Assembly (NCBI GenBank): GCA_028866015.1
Contig: JAGWIW010000006.1
Location: forward strand, 11,288 to 75,287
Direction of reading: 5' to 3'
Length of the DNA: 64,000 nt
Source: Betaproteobacteria bacterium
Lineage (GTDB): Bacteria > Pseudomonadota > Gammaproteobacteria > Burkholderiales > Ferrovaceae
This document shows positions 46,077-55,301 of this stretch, in pieces (within the stretch, counting starts at the first letter, position 1; each line of letters starts with the position of its first letter). The translations under genes were made by a program, and so were the position numbers. The notes beneath the pieces were generated by a model, which worked only from the letters and a program-made list of their open reading frames with translations, made no database searches and was not told where the DNA came from.

Positions 46077-48290
46077 ATGGGTAACGCGGAGCGTTTCAAA
46101 ACGCACGGGTTGTATCGTGCCATTCTGGCGGCTATGGCCGTGCTAGGGACTGTCTCTCCGGTGATGGCCGACCAGGCAGTGGATTTGGGCGTCGTGGGCG
46201 CTGCGGGAACCGGCAGTGCGCCATCGAAAAATGATCCGAATTCGGCTACCTACCAGGCTCCGACCCAGGCGTCGCTGACCGCAACGCAGCCCCAGTCGAT
46301 CATCACGCAGCATTACATCGAGCAGAATGCATCCGCAGGCTCAAACTACACGGACATCATTTCCATTGCGCCGAGCGTGGTGAGCATCAATCCCAATGGC
46401 CCGGGCATGATGGAAACCCAAAGCATGACCATTCGCGGATTTTCCGACGGTCAATACAACGTGACGTTCGACGGGATTCCCTGGGGTGACTCCAACGATT
46501 TCACGCACCATTCCACGTCCTACTTCATGCCCCAGGACATCGGAGGCATTGTGGTGGACCGCGGCCCCGGGGATGCCAGCAATATTGGTAACGCCACATT
46601 CGGCGGCACGGTGGCCGTGACTTCCAAGCTGCCGTCGGAAACGACCAAAACCTCTATCTATGGAACCACGGGCAGCTGGAACACAAACCTGTTTGGTGCC
46701 CAGTTCGACACGGGCAACTTGAAGAGCTACAACGATACCCGCGCGTTTATCGATTACAAGAACTTCACTTCGGACGGCTATCTCAGCAACAGCAGTCAGC
46801 GCCGGCAGAACGTGTTCATGAAGTTCCAGAGCCTGCTGGGGGATGAGACCGCCCTGTCTTTCGTGGCCATGGGGAACAAGGTGCGCCAGAATATCCCTTA
46901 CGGAGCGACGACGAGCCAAATGGCCCTGTACGGTAACAACTTTGCACTGGACACCAATCCCGGCAGCCAGAACAACGCTGGCTACAACTTCGACGACATC
47001 ACGTCGGATTTCGAGTACATCGGATTGAAATCCAGACTGGGCTCCTGGAGTCTGGACAACAAGCTCTATACCTATTCCTACTATCACAACGGCTACAACA
47101 CCAATGCCCCGGGCGCATTGACCACAGGCCTGGGCACGGTGGTGGGTGGCGCGACACAGCCCAACGATGTGCCGGGGCAGGCCATGACCATGAATTACCG
47201 CTCATACGGCGATCTGCTGCGCATGTCGGAAGCCTGGGGCAAAGGCACACTCGATCTGGGCATGTGGGTTGATTACCAGACCAACACCCGTTCCCAGTAT
47301 GAAATCGACTGGACGCTCAACCAAGCCTTCAACACCGGCAACGGTGCGGCCAACGGGGGCTACATCGATCGGTTGATGGGCGACACCCTGACCACCATCC
47401 AGCCCTATATCCAGTACACCTGGAAAATCAATGACGCCTGGAGCGTGACGCCGGGCCTCAAGTACGACTATTTCCGTCGGGCAGTGGATTCCACCGTGAA
47501 CCAGGGCACCGGCCTTCCCTACAGTGGCTCTGCCAGCTGGGACAAGGCCCTGCCGGCCCTTGTGACGCGTTACATGCTGTCGTCCCACTGGTCGGTATAC
47601 GCCCAATATGCGAAGGGTTTCATGGCGCCCAACCTCAACGTGTTCTACAAGCAGGGGCCGCAACTGGGCGGCCTGGCCCCGCAGCAGACCACCAACTACC
47701 AGGTGGGGACCACGTGGTCCACGCCGACCCTGACCGTGGGCTTTGACCTGTACAAGATCGATTTCACAAACCTGATCAGTCACACCTCTTGCGGAGCCGG
47801 GAGCCCCTTCACCTGTTTTTATAACGCTGGCGGAGTGAAATACAACGGCGGCGAAGTGGAAGCCACCTGGGCGATCGGAGGCGGGGTCAGCCTTTACGGC
47901 AACTATGGCGTGAACAACTATTCAACCAGCGATGGCTCCGTGCTGCCCGACGTGCCGCAAACGACCGCAGCTGCGGGCGTGATCTACCAGAAGGGCGGGT
48001 TGTATTCGTCCCTGATCGCGAAGGAAGTGGGATCGCGCTATGCCGACGTCACCTACGCTTCGGGCGCGCCCATCCAGTTCGGGTCGTACACCATCACCAA
48101 TTTCAACCTGAACTACAAGCTCGACAAGTCAGCCCTCTGGGGCAGGGATGCCCGCATCGGATTCCAGGTGAACAACCTGTTCAACCAGAATCAGGCGTAC
48201 TTTGCCAACATGACGGACCCGAGCGGCAACCCCATGTTCTTCAACGTGCCAGAACGCAATTACGAAGTGAGCCTGGCGGTGGGGTTCTAA
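46077..48290 (+). CDS. TonB-dependent outer-membrane receptor, substrate unknown
   Basis: 737 aa. It has a signal peptide, a plug domain (IRGFSDGQYNVTFDGIPWGD, VDRGPGDASNIGNATFGGTV), a long beta-barrel and a terminal ...YEVSLAVGF. Confidence 0.85.
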   Translation: MGNAERFKTHGLYRAILAAMAVLGTVSPVMADQAVDLGVVGAAGTGSAPSKNDPNSATYQAPTQASLTATQPQSIITQHYIEQNASAGSNYTDIISIAPSVVSINPNGPGMMETQSMTIRGFSDGQYNVTFDGIPWGDSNDFTHHSTSYFMPQDIGGIVVDRGPGDASNIGNATFGGTVAVTSKLPSETTKTSIYGTTGSWNTNLFGAQFDTGNLKSYNDTRAFIDYKNFTSDGYLSNSSQRRQNVFMKFQSLLGDETALSFVAMGNKVRQNIPYGATTSQMALYGNNFALDTNPGSQNNAGYNFDDITSDFEYIGLKSRLGSWSLDNKLYTYSYYHNGYNTNAPGALTTGLGTVVGGATQPNDVPGQAMTMNYRSYGDLLRMSEAWGKGTLDLGMWVDYQTNTRSQYEIDWTLNQAFNTGNGAANGGYIDRLMGDTLTTIQPYIQYTWKINDAWSVTPGLKYDYFRRAVDSTVNQGTGLPYSGSASWDKALPALVTRYMLSSHWSVYAQYAKGFMAPNLNVFYKQGPQLGGLAPQQTTNYQVGTTWSTPTLTVGFDLYKIDFTNLISHTSCGAGSPFTCFYNAGGVKYNGGEVEATWAIGGGVSLYGNYGVNNYSTSDGSVLPDVPQTTAAAGVIYQKGGLYSSLIAKEVGSRYADVTYASGAPIQFGSYTITNFNLNYKLDKSALWGRDARIGFQVNNLFNQNQAYFANMTDPSGNPMFFNVPERNYEVSLAVGF

Positions 48291-48332
48291 GCATCACGCT
48301 ATAGACACCATAAGCAAATCATTTGGATCGGG

Positions 48333-48364
48333 AAGGCCGGACATCCTTGATTTCCGGCCTTTTC
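48333..48364 (+). terminator. probable intrinsic terminator after the receptor gene
   Basis: It has a 9-bp stem AAGGCCGGA / TCCGGCCTT followed by only a short T-run (TTTTCC). Confidence 0.5.
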
Positions 48365-48538
48365 CGCCAGAGTGTGTCGTAATTTCCACAGACTGTTGAT
48401 TTGTGTCAATTTTATTGAACGAATGTGTCGAGTTGTGCTTGCGTTTTAAAATCCCAGAAGGTAATTTTGACCCACCCATACTAAGCGGACCAGCTGGCAC
48501 AACCGGTTAGGACTGCACCAACCTGAGGAGATCCAAGC

Positions 48539-50269
48539 ATGATAAGGCGCATCAAGCTCCGACCCGCTGCCTTGGCGGTGGCATTAGGAGCGTCCATCTC
48601 ACTACCCTTAACAGCGCATGCTCAAAGCGGTAACCCGCAAGACATCGAATCGCTGAAAGAGCAGATCAGGGTATTGATGAACAAGGTTGATACCTTGAGC
48701 AAAAAGCAAGCCTCCCAGCAAAAGCAGATTGAGGCCACGTCAACCGGCTCCTCTTCTTCCGAGCCCAAACTCAATAAACTCCTGAGTGGCTTTTATGGCG
48801 TGCTGGATCTGTCTGTGGATGACACGACCAAAGGCATGGGTGGAATGACGGCTTCGCCCTACAGCTGGAGCCCGGCGACAGGGTGGTCAGGTCCGCAAGG
48901 CATCAAAATGGGTAACTGTAACCAGAACACCTATGCCCAAGCTTCTCCCTGTGGCCGTATGGGCTGGATGCCGCAGGTTGCCACGAACAAGTCCGGTTTC
49001 GGCTATCGTGGAGATCACCTGATTGAAGGGACGAACACCAAGTTCATTTACCAGTTTGGTGCCACAGTTGCCATAACGTCCACTCCTGGCGTTAAGACCA
49101 GCTACACGGCACAGAAGAGCTCCATTTCCGGTGCGCTGGGAACAGGCGACAACTACATCGGCTTGCGTCAGGGCAGCTGGGGTGCGATCAAGATCGGGAA
49201 AACCTTCGCCCCTTACAAGAAAGCTTCGGATCGCATGGATCCCATGTCCGGTTTGCTGGGCAGCCGTGGCAGCATCATGGGCAACTCCGGCGGCGACAAC
49301 CGGGTGGAATTCGGGACACGTCTCGATCATGCCATCTGGTACGAATCGCCTAACATGAAGGGCTATCACTTCAACTTCCTGTTTGCTCCCGGCCAAAACC
49401 GCTCCTATGACAACGTCATTCAGCCTAGCGGCTCCGGTGATTGCGCTGGCGGAAACGTTCCCGGCAGCGGCAACCTGCCTATGAATTGCGATGACGGCGG
49501 CTTCTCTGATGCCATGAGCACGGCTTTCTCCTACGAAAGCAAAAAGTTCTACGCTTTTGGCGCCTATGAAATCCACAAGGCAGTGAACCGCAACAGCGAC
49601 GGGATTGGCGCAAACAACCAAACCGGTTACTACTATGGTGCGGGTGGAACGTCCGGCCCGATTGGTGCTCCGAGCGGCTGGCTTGACATGACGCCTTACA
49701 ATTTCCAGCCGTCCAACGGTGGCCTCAACGTGCCGATCGGTGCGTACACCCAGGATATCGCAAACGAATGGGCTGGCAAGGTTGGTGCGCAGTACATCAC
49801 CGATTTCGGTCTGACCATCAGTGCTGAACTGGAACGCCTGCGTCGCGATGTGCCGGCTTACCTGCAATTCCAGAACGAACGCAGCCGCGACGGTTCCTGG
49901 CTTGCTCTCAGCCAGCGTATCGATGCCAAGAACGAAGTGGATTTTGCCTGGGGACATGCTGGAAAGACCCCTGGGGATCCCGGTGGTCAGCATAACTACA
50001 GCCCGTACATGACAGACAACACGGCTGACATGTACAGCCTGGCCTACAAGCACAAGCTGGACAAGCACCTGTCCTGGTACCTGAACGTGGCTGAAACCGT
50101 CAACCATGGCAATGCGCACTATGACCTGGGTGCCGGTGGCCACGGGCTGAAGACCGACTGTCACGATGCAACCAACACCCCGGTTACTGATTACAGCAGT
50201 GCGGGTAACACAACATGGGGTGGTTGCCACATCCAAGGTATTTCTGCCGGTTTGCACTACCGGTTCTGA
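48539..50269 (+). CDS. outer-membrane porin with an N-terminal coiled-coil extension
   Basis: 576 aa with a GAGGAG RBS and a signal peptide ending LTAHAQS. It has a heptad-like segment DIESLKEQIRVLMNKVDTLSKKQASQQKQIE, then a beta-rich body starting SGFYGVLDLSVDD and ending GLHYRF. Confidence 0.8.
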   Translation: MIRRIKLRPAALAVALGASISLPLTAHAQSGNPQDIESLKEQIRVLMNKVDTLSKKQASQQKQIEATSTGSSSSEPKLNKLLSGFYGVLDLSVDDTTKGMGGMTASPYSWSPATGWSGPQGIKMGNCNQNTYAQASPCGRMGWMPQVATNKSGFGYRGDHLIEGTNTKFIYQFGATVAITSTPGVKTSYTAQKSSISGALGTGDNYIGLRQGSWGAIKIGKTFAPYKKASDRMDPMSGLLGSRGSIMGNSGGDNRVEFGTRLDHAIWYESPNMKGYHFNFLFAPGQNRSYDNVIQPSGSGDCAGGNVPGSGNLPMNCDDGGFSDAMSTAFSYESKKFYAFGAYEIHKAVNRNSDGIGANNQTGYYYGAGGTSGPIGAPSGWLDMTPYNFQPSNGGLNVPIGAYTQDIANEWAGKVGAQYITDFGLTISAELERLRRDVPAYLQFQNERSRDGSWLALSQRIDAKNEVDFAWGHAGKTPGDPGGQHNYSPYMTDNTADMYSLAYKHKLDKHLSWYLNVAETVNHGNAHYDLGAGGHGLKTDCHDATNTPVTDYSSAGNTTWGGCHIQGISAGLHYRF

Positions 50270-50295
50270 TACCCCGGATAGCAACAGCAACATCG

Positions 50296-50330
50296 AAACG
50301 CCAACTGCTTCGGCAGTTGGCGTTTTTTTT
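50296..50330 (+). terminator. strong rho-independent terminator after the porin gene
   Basis: It has a 13-bp stem AAACGCCAACTGC / GCAGTTGGCGTTT and a TTCG loop, and the right arm runs into T8. Confidence 0.88.
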
Positions 50331-50374
50331 GCCCGCAGCTATGCTTTGCCTGTGTTCTTTGGATTGCATTTGTC

Positions 50375-51253
50375 ATGACTATGCATACCCGATTTATTCT
50401 GTTGCTGTGCTTCGTTACGTGGAACGCATTTGCTGATGCCGTAGAGGGCGTCCCTGCGCTACCCCCACCTGCGCAGGATGCCGATTACCTGCTGCTGGGC
50501 GAAGTCCACGACAACCCGGCCGGGCACGCGTTGCGCCTGCAGTGGCTGAAGGCGCTGCTGATGCAACGGCCCAGAGCGCTGGCCATGGAGCAATTTGACC
50601 TGGATAACCAGAACGGGCTGGAAGCGGCGCTGGCTCAGGCGGAAAAATCAGGAATGAAAGCCGACCCCGCAGCACTGCACGCAGTGGCCGAGGCGGGTGG
50701 ATTCAATTTCAAGGGCTGGCGCTGGCCGCTTTACGAGCCCGTTCTCGCGCTGGCAGTTGAGCAGGGCATACCCCTGTATCCGGCCAACCTGTCACGAAAA
50801 AACCTGGGGGAAATCCTGGGTGGCCAGCATCCAGTGCCACCTGAGCCGCGGCAATGGAGCAAGGAACAGCGAGACGCGCTGTTGCACGAAGTCCGGGTAG
50901 GGCATTGCAATCTCATGCCGGAAGACGAACTGCCACTACTTGCCGGTGCGCAGCGGGCACGGGACAAGGCCATGGCTGAAGCCCTGATCCGCCTGCATCA
51001 GAAAAGCGGAAGGCCTGTGATCCTGCTGGCCGGCAACGGGCATATGCGAAAGGACCTGGCCGTGCCCGTCTGGTTGCACCAACTGGACCCGCAGGCAAAA
51101 ACCGTGAGCGTGGCCGTGCTGGAACGTGGCGGCAGCGCGGAAGACCATCCGCCGCAGGCGGCGTTTGACGCGGTTTACTGGGTTGAGAGGGAAAACCGCC
51201 CGGATCCTTGCGAGGCACTGCGCCAACGGTTAAAGAAATTCCCCGTGCGCTGA
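50375..51253 (+). CDS. ChaN-like haem/iron-uptake-associated protein (Cofac_haem_bdg / Tiki superfamily)
   Basis: 292 aa with a signal peptide. Contains DYLLLGEVHDNPAGH, RARDKAMAEAL and LLAGNGHMRKDLAVP. Confidence 0.7.
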   Translation: MTMHTRFILLLCFVTWNAFADAVEGVPALPPPAQDADYLLLGEVHDNPAGHALRLQWLKALLMQRPRALAMEQFDLDNQNGLEAALAQAEKSGMKADPAALHAVAEAGGFNFKGWRWPLYEPVLALAVEQGIPLYPANLSRKNLGEILGGQHPVPPEPRQWSKEQRDALLHEVRVGHCNLMPEDELPLLAGAQRARDKAMAEALIRLHQKSGRPVILLAGNGHMRKDLAVPVWLHQLDPQAKTVSVAVLERGGSAEDHPPQAAFDAVYWVERENRPDPCEALRQRLKKFPVR

Positions 51254-51305
51254 AAGGGGCGAGGGATCAGGAAAGTCATGGCCAGTTTCCTGGCCTGCAG
51301 ACATC

Positions 51306-53165
51306 TCACGAATTCGCGGAAACCAGGCCCAGCAGTTCCTTGATGTCCAGGATCAGGACGATTTCTCCATCGCTCGACATGGTCACGCCGGCAACCCCCT
51401 TGGGGCGGAACGTATCCATGGATTTGATGACCACGTCATCATGCCCGTCAAAGCCATCCACGGAAAGAATGAAGCTGTGGCTTTCCACATGCATGAGAAC
51501 GCCCACTTCAGAGGATCCGGAGTCTTCCCAGCCGATCATGCTGGCCAGGGAAACGACCGGAAGCACTTCCCCGCGCACCACGATGTTGGCTTTGCCGCCT
51601 ACATGTTGCAACAGCTCCGGTTTTACGGAAATGATTTCCCGCACCATGGAGAGGGGGACTGCAAAGGACTGTTCACCCAGGCGTACCAGAAGAACGGGGA
51701 GAATGGCCAGTGTGAGCGGCAGGGAAATGGTCAGGACCGTGCCTTTCCCCACTTCGGACTGGATCGCCACCGTCCCGTTGAGCTTCTGGATGTTGGTTTT
51801 GACCACATCCATGCCGACACCGCGCCCGGAGACGCTGGATATCTGGTCCTTGGTGGAAAATCCAGGCAGGAAGATCAGGTCCAGGCACTGGGACTCGTCC
51901 AGGTTATTGGCGATTTCCGGACTGATGAGGCCCTTTTCGATGGCCTTGGTGCGGATGGCGTCTGGATGCATGCCTTTGCCATCGTCAGCGATGCTGATGA
52001 TGATGTGGTCACCCACCTGGCGGGCCTGGAGATGGATCAGGCTTTTATCGGGCTTGCCCGCAGCGAGTCGCTGTTCCGGTGATTCGACGCCATGGTCGAC
52101 AGCATTGCGGATGAGGTGGACCAGGGGATCATTGAGATCCTCGATCATGGTTTTGTCGATTTCGGTTTCTTCGCCAGACAAAACCAGCTCCACTTCCTTT
52201 CCCAACTGCCGGGCCAGGTCGCGGGCCAGACGGGGGAACTTCTTGAACAGACGGCCAATGGGCTGCATGCGGGTTTTCATGACCGAGTTCTGAAGGCTCA
52301 CCACCAGCATGTCGAGCTGGTTGACCGCTTCATCGAGTGCGCGCAGGGTGGCGGTGTCAGCGGTGCCCAGCAGGATTTCCGTGCGCAGCTGATTGAGTCG
52401 GTTCTTGGTCAGGCCGATTTCACCGGACAGGTTGAGCACCTGGTCCAGGCGCTCGGTGTCGACCCGTATGGTGTTCTCCTTGCCGCCATCCGACTCGCGG
52501 CGCCGGTCGGTAGGAGCATTGCTGCCGGGAACGTCTGTGGCGCGACGTCCGAAGGCGCTGGTCTTCAGGCGTTCCATGTCGACTTGCGGTTCGGGTTGCG
52601 ACACGGCCTGGGGGGCAGCCGGGGGCGGTGACGCCGCCGGTGACGCCACTACTGCAGCGGGAGTGGCTGTGCCAGTCACTGCCGCATAAAGCGCGTTCCA
52701 GTCCGGGCCGCCCTGATCCACGGGCTGGGCAGCAGCGGCCTGTGGCAGTGGGGAGGGTACCGCAGCCTGGTTTTTGGCATTGAGCGCTGCTTCCAGCGCA
52801 GCAATTAGGTGGGCCGGCGCGTTCCCCGGCTGCTTGCCTTGGGACAGCGCGCCAAACATGTGCCGGATTTCACTGGTTGCCGCCAGGATGGCATCCATGA
52901 TGTTGGCATCCAGATGCATTTCCCCGTTGCGCAAGAGATCGAACAGATTTTCTGTCAGGTGGCAGAGGGAAACCAGTTCGGTGGCATTAAGAAAACCGGC
53001 CCCGCCCTTGATGGTGTGAAATCCCCTGAAAATGTCGTTGAGCAGGCTGCTGTCGTTGGGAGCCTGCTCGAGGCTTAACAGCTTGCTGTCCACGTCCGAC
53101 AGCAAATCAGAGGACTCTTGCAGGAAATCCTGCAGAAGATCTTCCATGCCTGCAAAATCATTCAT
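51306..53165 (-). CDS. cheA: chemotaxis histidine kinase CheA
   Basis: 619 aa. Domains in order: P1/Hpt (FRGFHTIKGGAGFL), a long Ala/Pro-rich linker, P3 (IRVDTERLDQVLNLSGE), HATPase (HLIRNAVDHG, DDGKGM, GRGVGMDVV) and a CheW-like P5. Confidence 0.92.
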   Translation of the reverse strand: MNDFAGMEDLLQDFLQESSDLLSDVDSKLLSLEQAPNDSSLLNDIFRGFHTIKGGAGFLNATELVSLCHLTENLFDLLRNGEMHLDANIMDAILAATSEIRHMFGALSQGKQPGNAPAHLIAALEAALNAKNQAAVPSPLPQAAAAQPVDQGGPDWNALYAAVTGTATPAAVVASPAASPPPAAPQAVSQPEPQVDMERLKTSAFGRRATDVPGSNAPTDRRRESDGGKENTIRVDTERLDQVLNLSGEIGLTKNRLNQLRTEILLGTADTATLRALDEAVNQLDMLVVSLQNSVMKTRMQPIGRLFKKFPRLARDLARQLGKEVELVLSGEETEIDKTMIEDLNDPLVHLIRNAVDHGVESPEQRLAAGKPDKSLIHLQARQVGDHIIISIADDGKGMHPDAIRTKAIEKGLISPEIANNLDESQCLDLIFLPGFSTKDQISSVSGRGVGMDVVKTNIQKLNGTVAIQSEVGKGTVLTISLPLTLAILPVLLVRLGEQSFAVPLSMVREIISVKPELLQHVGGKANIVVRGEVLPVVSLASMIGWEDSGSSEVGVLMHVESHSFILSVDGFDGHDDVVIKSMDTFRPKGVAGVTMSSDGEIVLILDIKELLGLVSANS

Positions 53166-53170
53166 GATGG

Positions 53171-53908
53171 TCAGAATCCCAGGCTTTCCAGCAGTTCGTC
53201 GACCTGGTCCTGGCTGGTGACCACGTCCGGGTTACCCTGCGGGTTGATCACGGGGCCATTGAGCAGCCCCTGATCGATCTTGACGGTGGAAGGCGCATTT
53301 TCCACAAGCAGGGAAAGCAGTTGCTGCTCCATCTGCTTGGTCACTTCCACGATTTTCTTGATGACCTGCCCCGTCAAATCCTGGAAGTCCTGGGCCATCA
53401 TGATTTCAAGCAAAAAAGCGTTGGTGGCTTTGGTCTGCTTGGGCACCTCCGTCAGGAACGCATGGGTGCGTGTGGCAAGCGCCTTGAACTGGTCCACGCT
53501 CAACTGGCGGTCGTACAGTTTTTGCCAGTCGGCAGCCAGCTGATGGGCGTCTGCTTCCAGCTTGTTGACGATGGGCTGGGCGGCATCGGTGGCATTGAGC
53601 ACGCGTTCTGCAGCCTGCTCTGTCATGGCCGCCACGTAGCTCAGACGGTCGCGTGCATCGGGAATGGACGAGGCCATCGACTCCAGGCTTTTGTCCAGCC
53701 CCAGTTCTCGCAAACTGTCGTGCAGCGTGCGCGTCATGATGCCCAGCTGATTGAACACCTTGTCAGATGCGTCATTTGCCGGAGAGGGCGCAGATGAGGA
53801 GGCTGGATGATCTGGCGTCTGGTTGGACGCGATGATGCTGTCGAACAGCGCCTCGAGGCTTTCGCTGTCTTGATTGTCGGCGGAATTTGAGGTCATGGCT
53901 CTGTTCAC
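53171..53908 (-). CDS. cheZ: CheY-P phosphatase CheZ
   Basis: 245 aa. Contains [15 protein letters not shown] and the C-terminal DELLESLGF. The start is GTG 53908 (GTGA overlap with the cheY stop) or ATG 53896. Confidence 0.9.
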   Translation of the reverse strand: MNRAMTSNSADNQDSESLEALFDSIIASNQTPDHPASSSAPSPANDASDKVFNQLGIMTRTLHDSLRELGLDKSLESMASSIPDARDRLSYVAAMTEQAAERVLNATDAAQPIVNKLEADAHQLAADWQKLYDRQLSVDQFKALATRTHAFLTEVPKQTKATNAFLLEIMMAQDFQDLTGQVIKKIVEVTKQMEQQLLSLLVENAPSTVKIDQGLLNGPVINPQGNPDVVTSQDQVDELLESLGF

Positions 53909-54294
53909 TTCTGCATGTTTTGAAAAATCTTCTTCAGCTTCTCGTCCAGCGTCGCAGCGGTAAATGGTTTGACAATGTATCCGCTGGCTCCCGCCTGAGC
54001 CGCCTCGATGATGTTTTCCTTTTTGGCTTCAGCCGTCACCATCAGGACAGGCAAATGCTTGAGGGCCGGGTCCGAACGGATTTTCCTCAGCAGTTCAATG
54101 CCGGTCATGTTGGGCATGTTCCAGTCCGAAACCACGAAGTCGAAATTGCTGCCGGCCAGCTTTTGCAGCGCATCCACCCCGTCCTCGGCTTCCTGGACAT
54201 TGGTGAAGCCCAATTCTTTCAATAGGTTGCGGACGATTCGGCGCATGGTGGAAAAATCGTCCACAACCAGGAATTTCATGTTTGCGTCAACCAC
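53905..54294 (-). CDS. cheY: chemotaxis response regulator CheY
   Basis: 129 aa from the GTG at 54294 (GGAG 7 nt upstream). Contains [27 protein letters not shown] and GYIVKPF. Confidence 0.92.
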   Translation of the reverse strand: MVDANMKFLVVDDFSTMRRIVRNLLKELGFTNVQEAEDGVDALQKLAGSNFDFVVSDWNMPNMTGIELLRKIRSDPALKHLPVLMVTAEAKKENIIEAAQAGASGYIVKPFTAATLDEKLKKIFQNMQK

Positions 54295-54314
54295 AGAGAA
54301 TCTCCAAAAAAACG

Positions 54315-55289
54315 CTATGATGCCAGCAATGGGCGCAGGGTTTCGGACAGCATGGCCGCATCAAACTTGGCAACATAGTGATCCACGCCAACCCGGCTGC
54401 CCATGGCGCGATTCGCCTGGGATGACAGGGACGAATGCATCACGACGGGTATGCCGTCGAAGCGCGAGTCCGCCTTGATGTGCTGGGTGAGGACGTAGCC
54501 GTCCATTTCAGGCATTTCGGCATCCACCAGGATGACCTGAATCTGATCGTGCAGGGGGGCTCCGGTGTGAGCCGCGCTGTCCGCCATCCCCTGCAGGCGC
54601 TCCCAGGCTTCCCTGCCGTTGTGGGCGCGCAGGTGCTTGACGCCCATCTTGTCCAGCAACTCCGATATTGTCTTGCGCGCCACGGACGAATCATCCACGA
54701 AAAAGACGCACATTTCGTGCCCTCTTTCAATTTTCGACACCGTGCCCACCACGTCTTCCCCGAAGGCGTTGGCCAGTACCTGTTCCACATCGACGATGGA
54801 CACCAGTTCGCCGCTGGGCAGTTCGGTGATGGCGTTGATGAGATTGCCCCCCCCCGCCATGGTATTTTCCGGGGCATGCACCTTGTCCCAATCAACCCGG
54901 ATGATCCGGTTGACGCCTTCAACCAGGAATCCCAGCGTGTGACGACTGTACTCCGTGACCATCATGGTGGAACGTTCGTACTCCCGTGCGTTATCCAGGT
55001 TCATGTAGCTGGACAGGTCCAGCACCGGGATGATGTGTCCGCGCAGGCTCACGATGCCGGCCACGCCAGCCGGCATGTTGGGTGTGCGCGTGACTTTCAT
55101 GGCGTTGGTCACTTCACGCACCTTGAATACGTTGATGCCGAATTGCTCCTGGGTACCCAGGGAGAACAGCAGGATTTCCATTTTGTTGGAGCCGGCCAGA
55201 TTGGTTCTGGCATCCACGGCTTCCAGCAATCCGGAACCTTCCCTTTCGGGGATCTGCAGGGTGAATGCGGCGTTTTGGGTGCTGTTCAT
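54315..55289 (-). CDS. cheV: CheV (CheW-like domain fused to a receiver domain), copy 1
   Basis: 324 aa. It has an N-terminal CheW-like domain ([11 protein letters not shown]...[12 protein letters not shown]) and a C-terminal receiver ([11 protein letters not shown]...[11 protein letters not shown]). Confidence 0.88.
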   Translation of the reverse strand: MNSTQNAAFTLQIPEREGSGLLEAVDARTNLAGSNKMEILLFSLGTQEQFGINVFKVREVTNAMKVTRTPNMPAGVAGIVSLRGHIIPVLDLSSYMNLDNAREYERSTMMVTEYSRHTLGFLVEGVNRIIRVDWDKVHAPENTMAGGGNLINAITELPSGELVSIVDVEQVLANAFGEDVVGTVSKIERGHEMCVFFVDDSSVARKTISELLDKMGVKHLRAHNGREAWERLQGMADSAAHTGAPLHDQIQVILVDAEMPEMDGYVLTQHIKADSRFDGIPVVMHSSLSSQANRAMGSRVGVDHYVAKFDAAMLSETLRPLLAS

Positions 55290-55301
55290 GATGGGTTCCG
55301 A

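Noticed and set aside
48495-48512. Sigma-54-like TGGCAC upstream of the porin gene.
   Set aside because: The -12 element is missing, because the GG-N10 position gives TA rather than GC.
48539-50269. Cyc2-type fused cytochrome-porin (iron oxidation), considered because of the autotroph-like context.
   Set aside because: There is no CxxCH haem-binding motif anywhere in the protein.
51268-51295. Hairpins CAGGAAA/TTTCCTG and GGCCAG/CTGGCC between chaN and cheA, considered as a bidirectional terminator.
   Set aside because: There is no U-tract on either strand. They may still pause or terminate transcription, but that cannot be supported from sequence alone.
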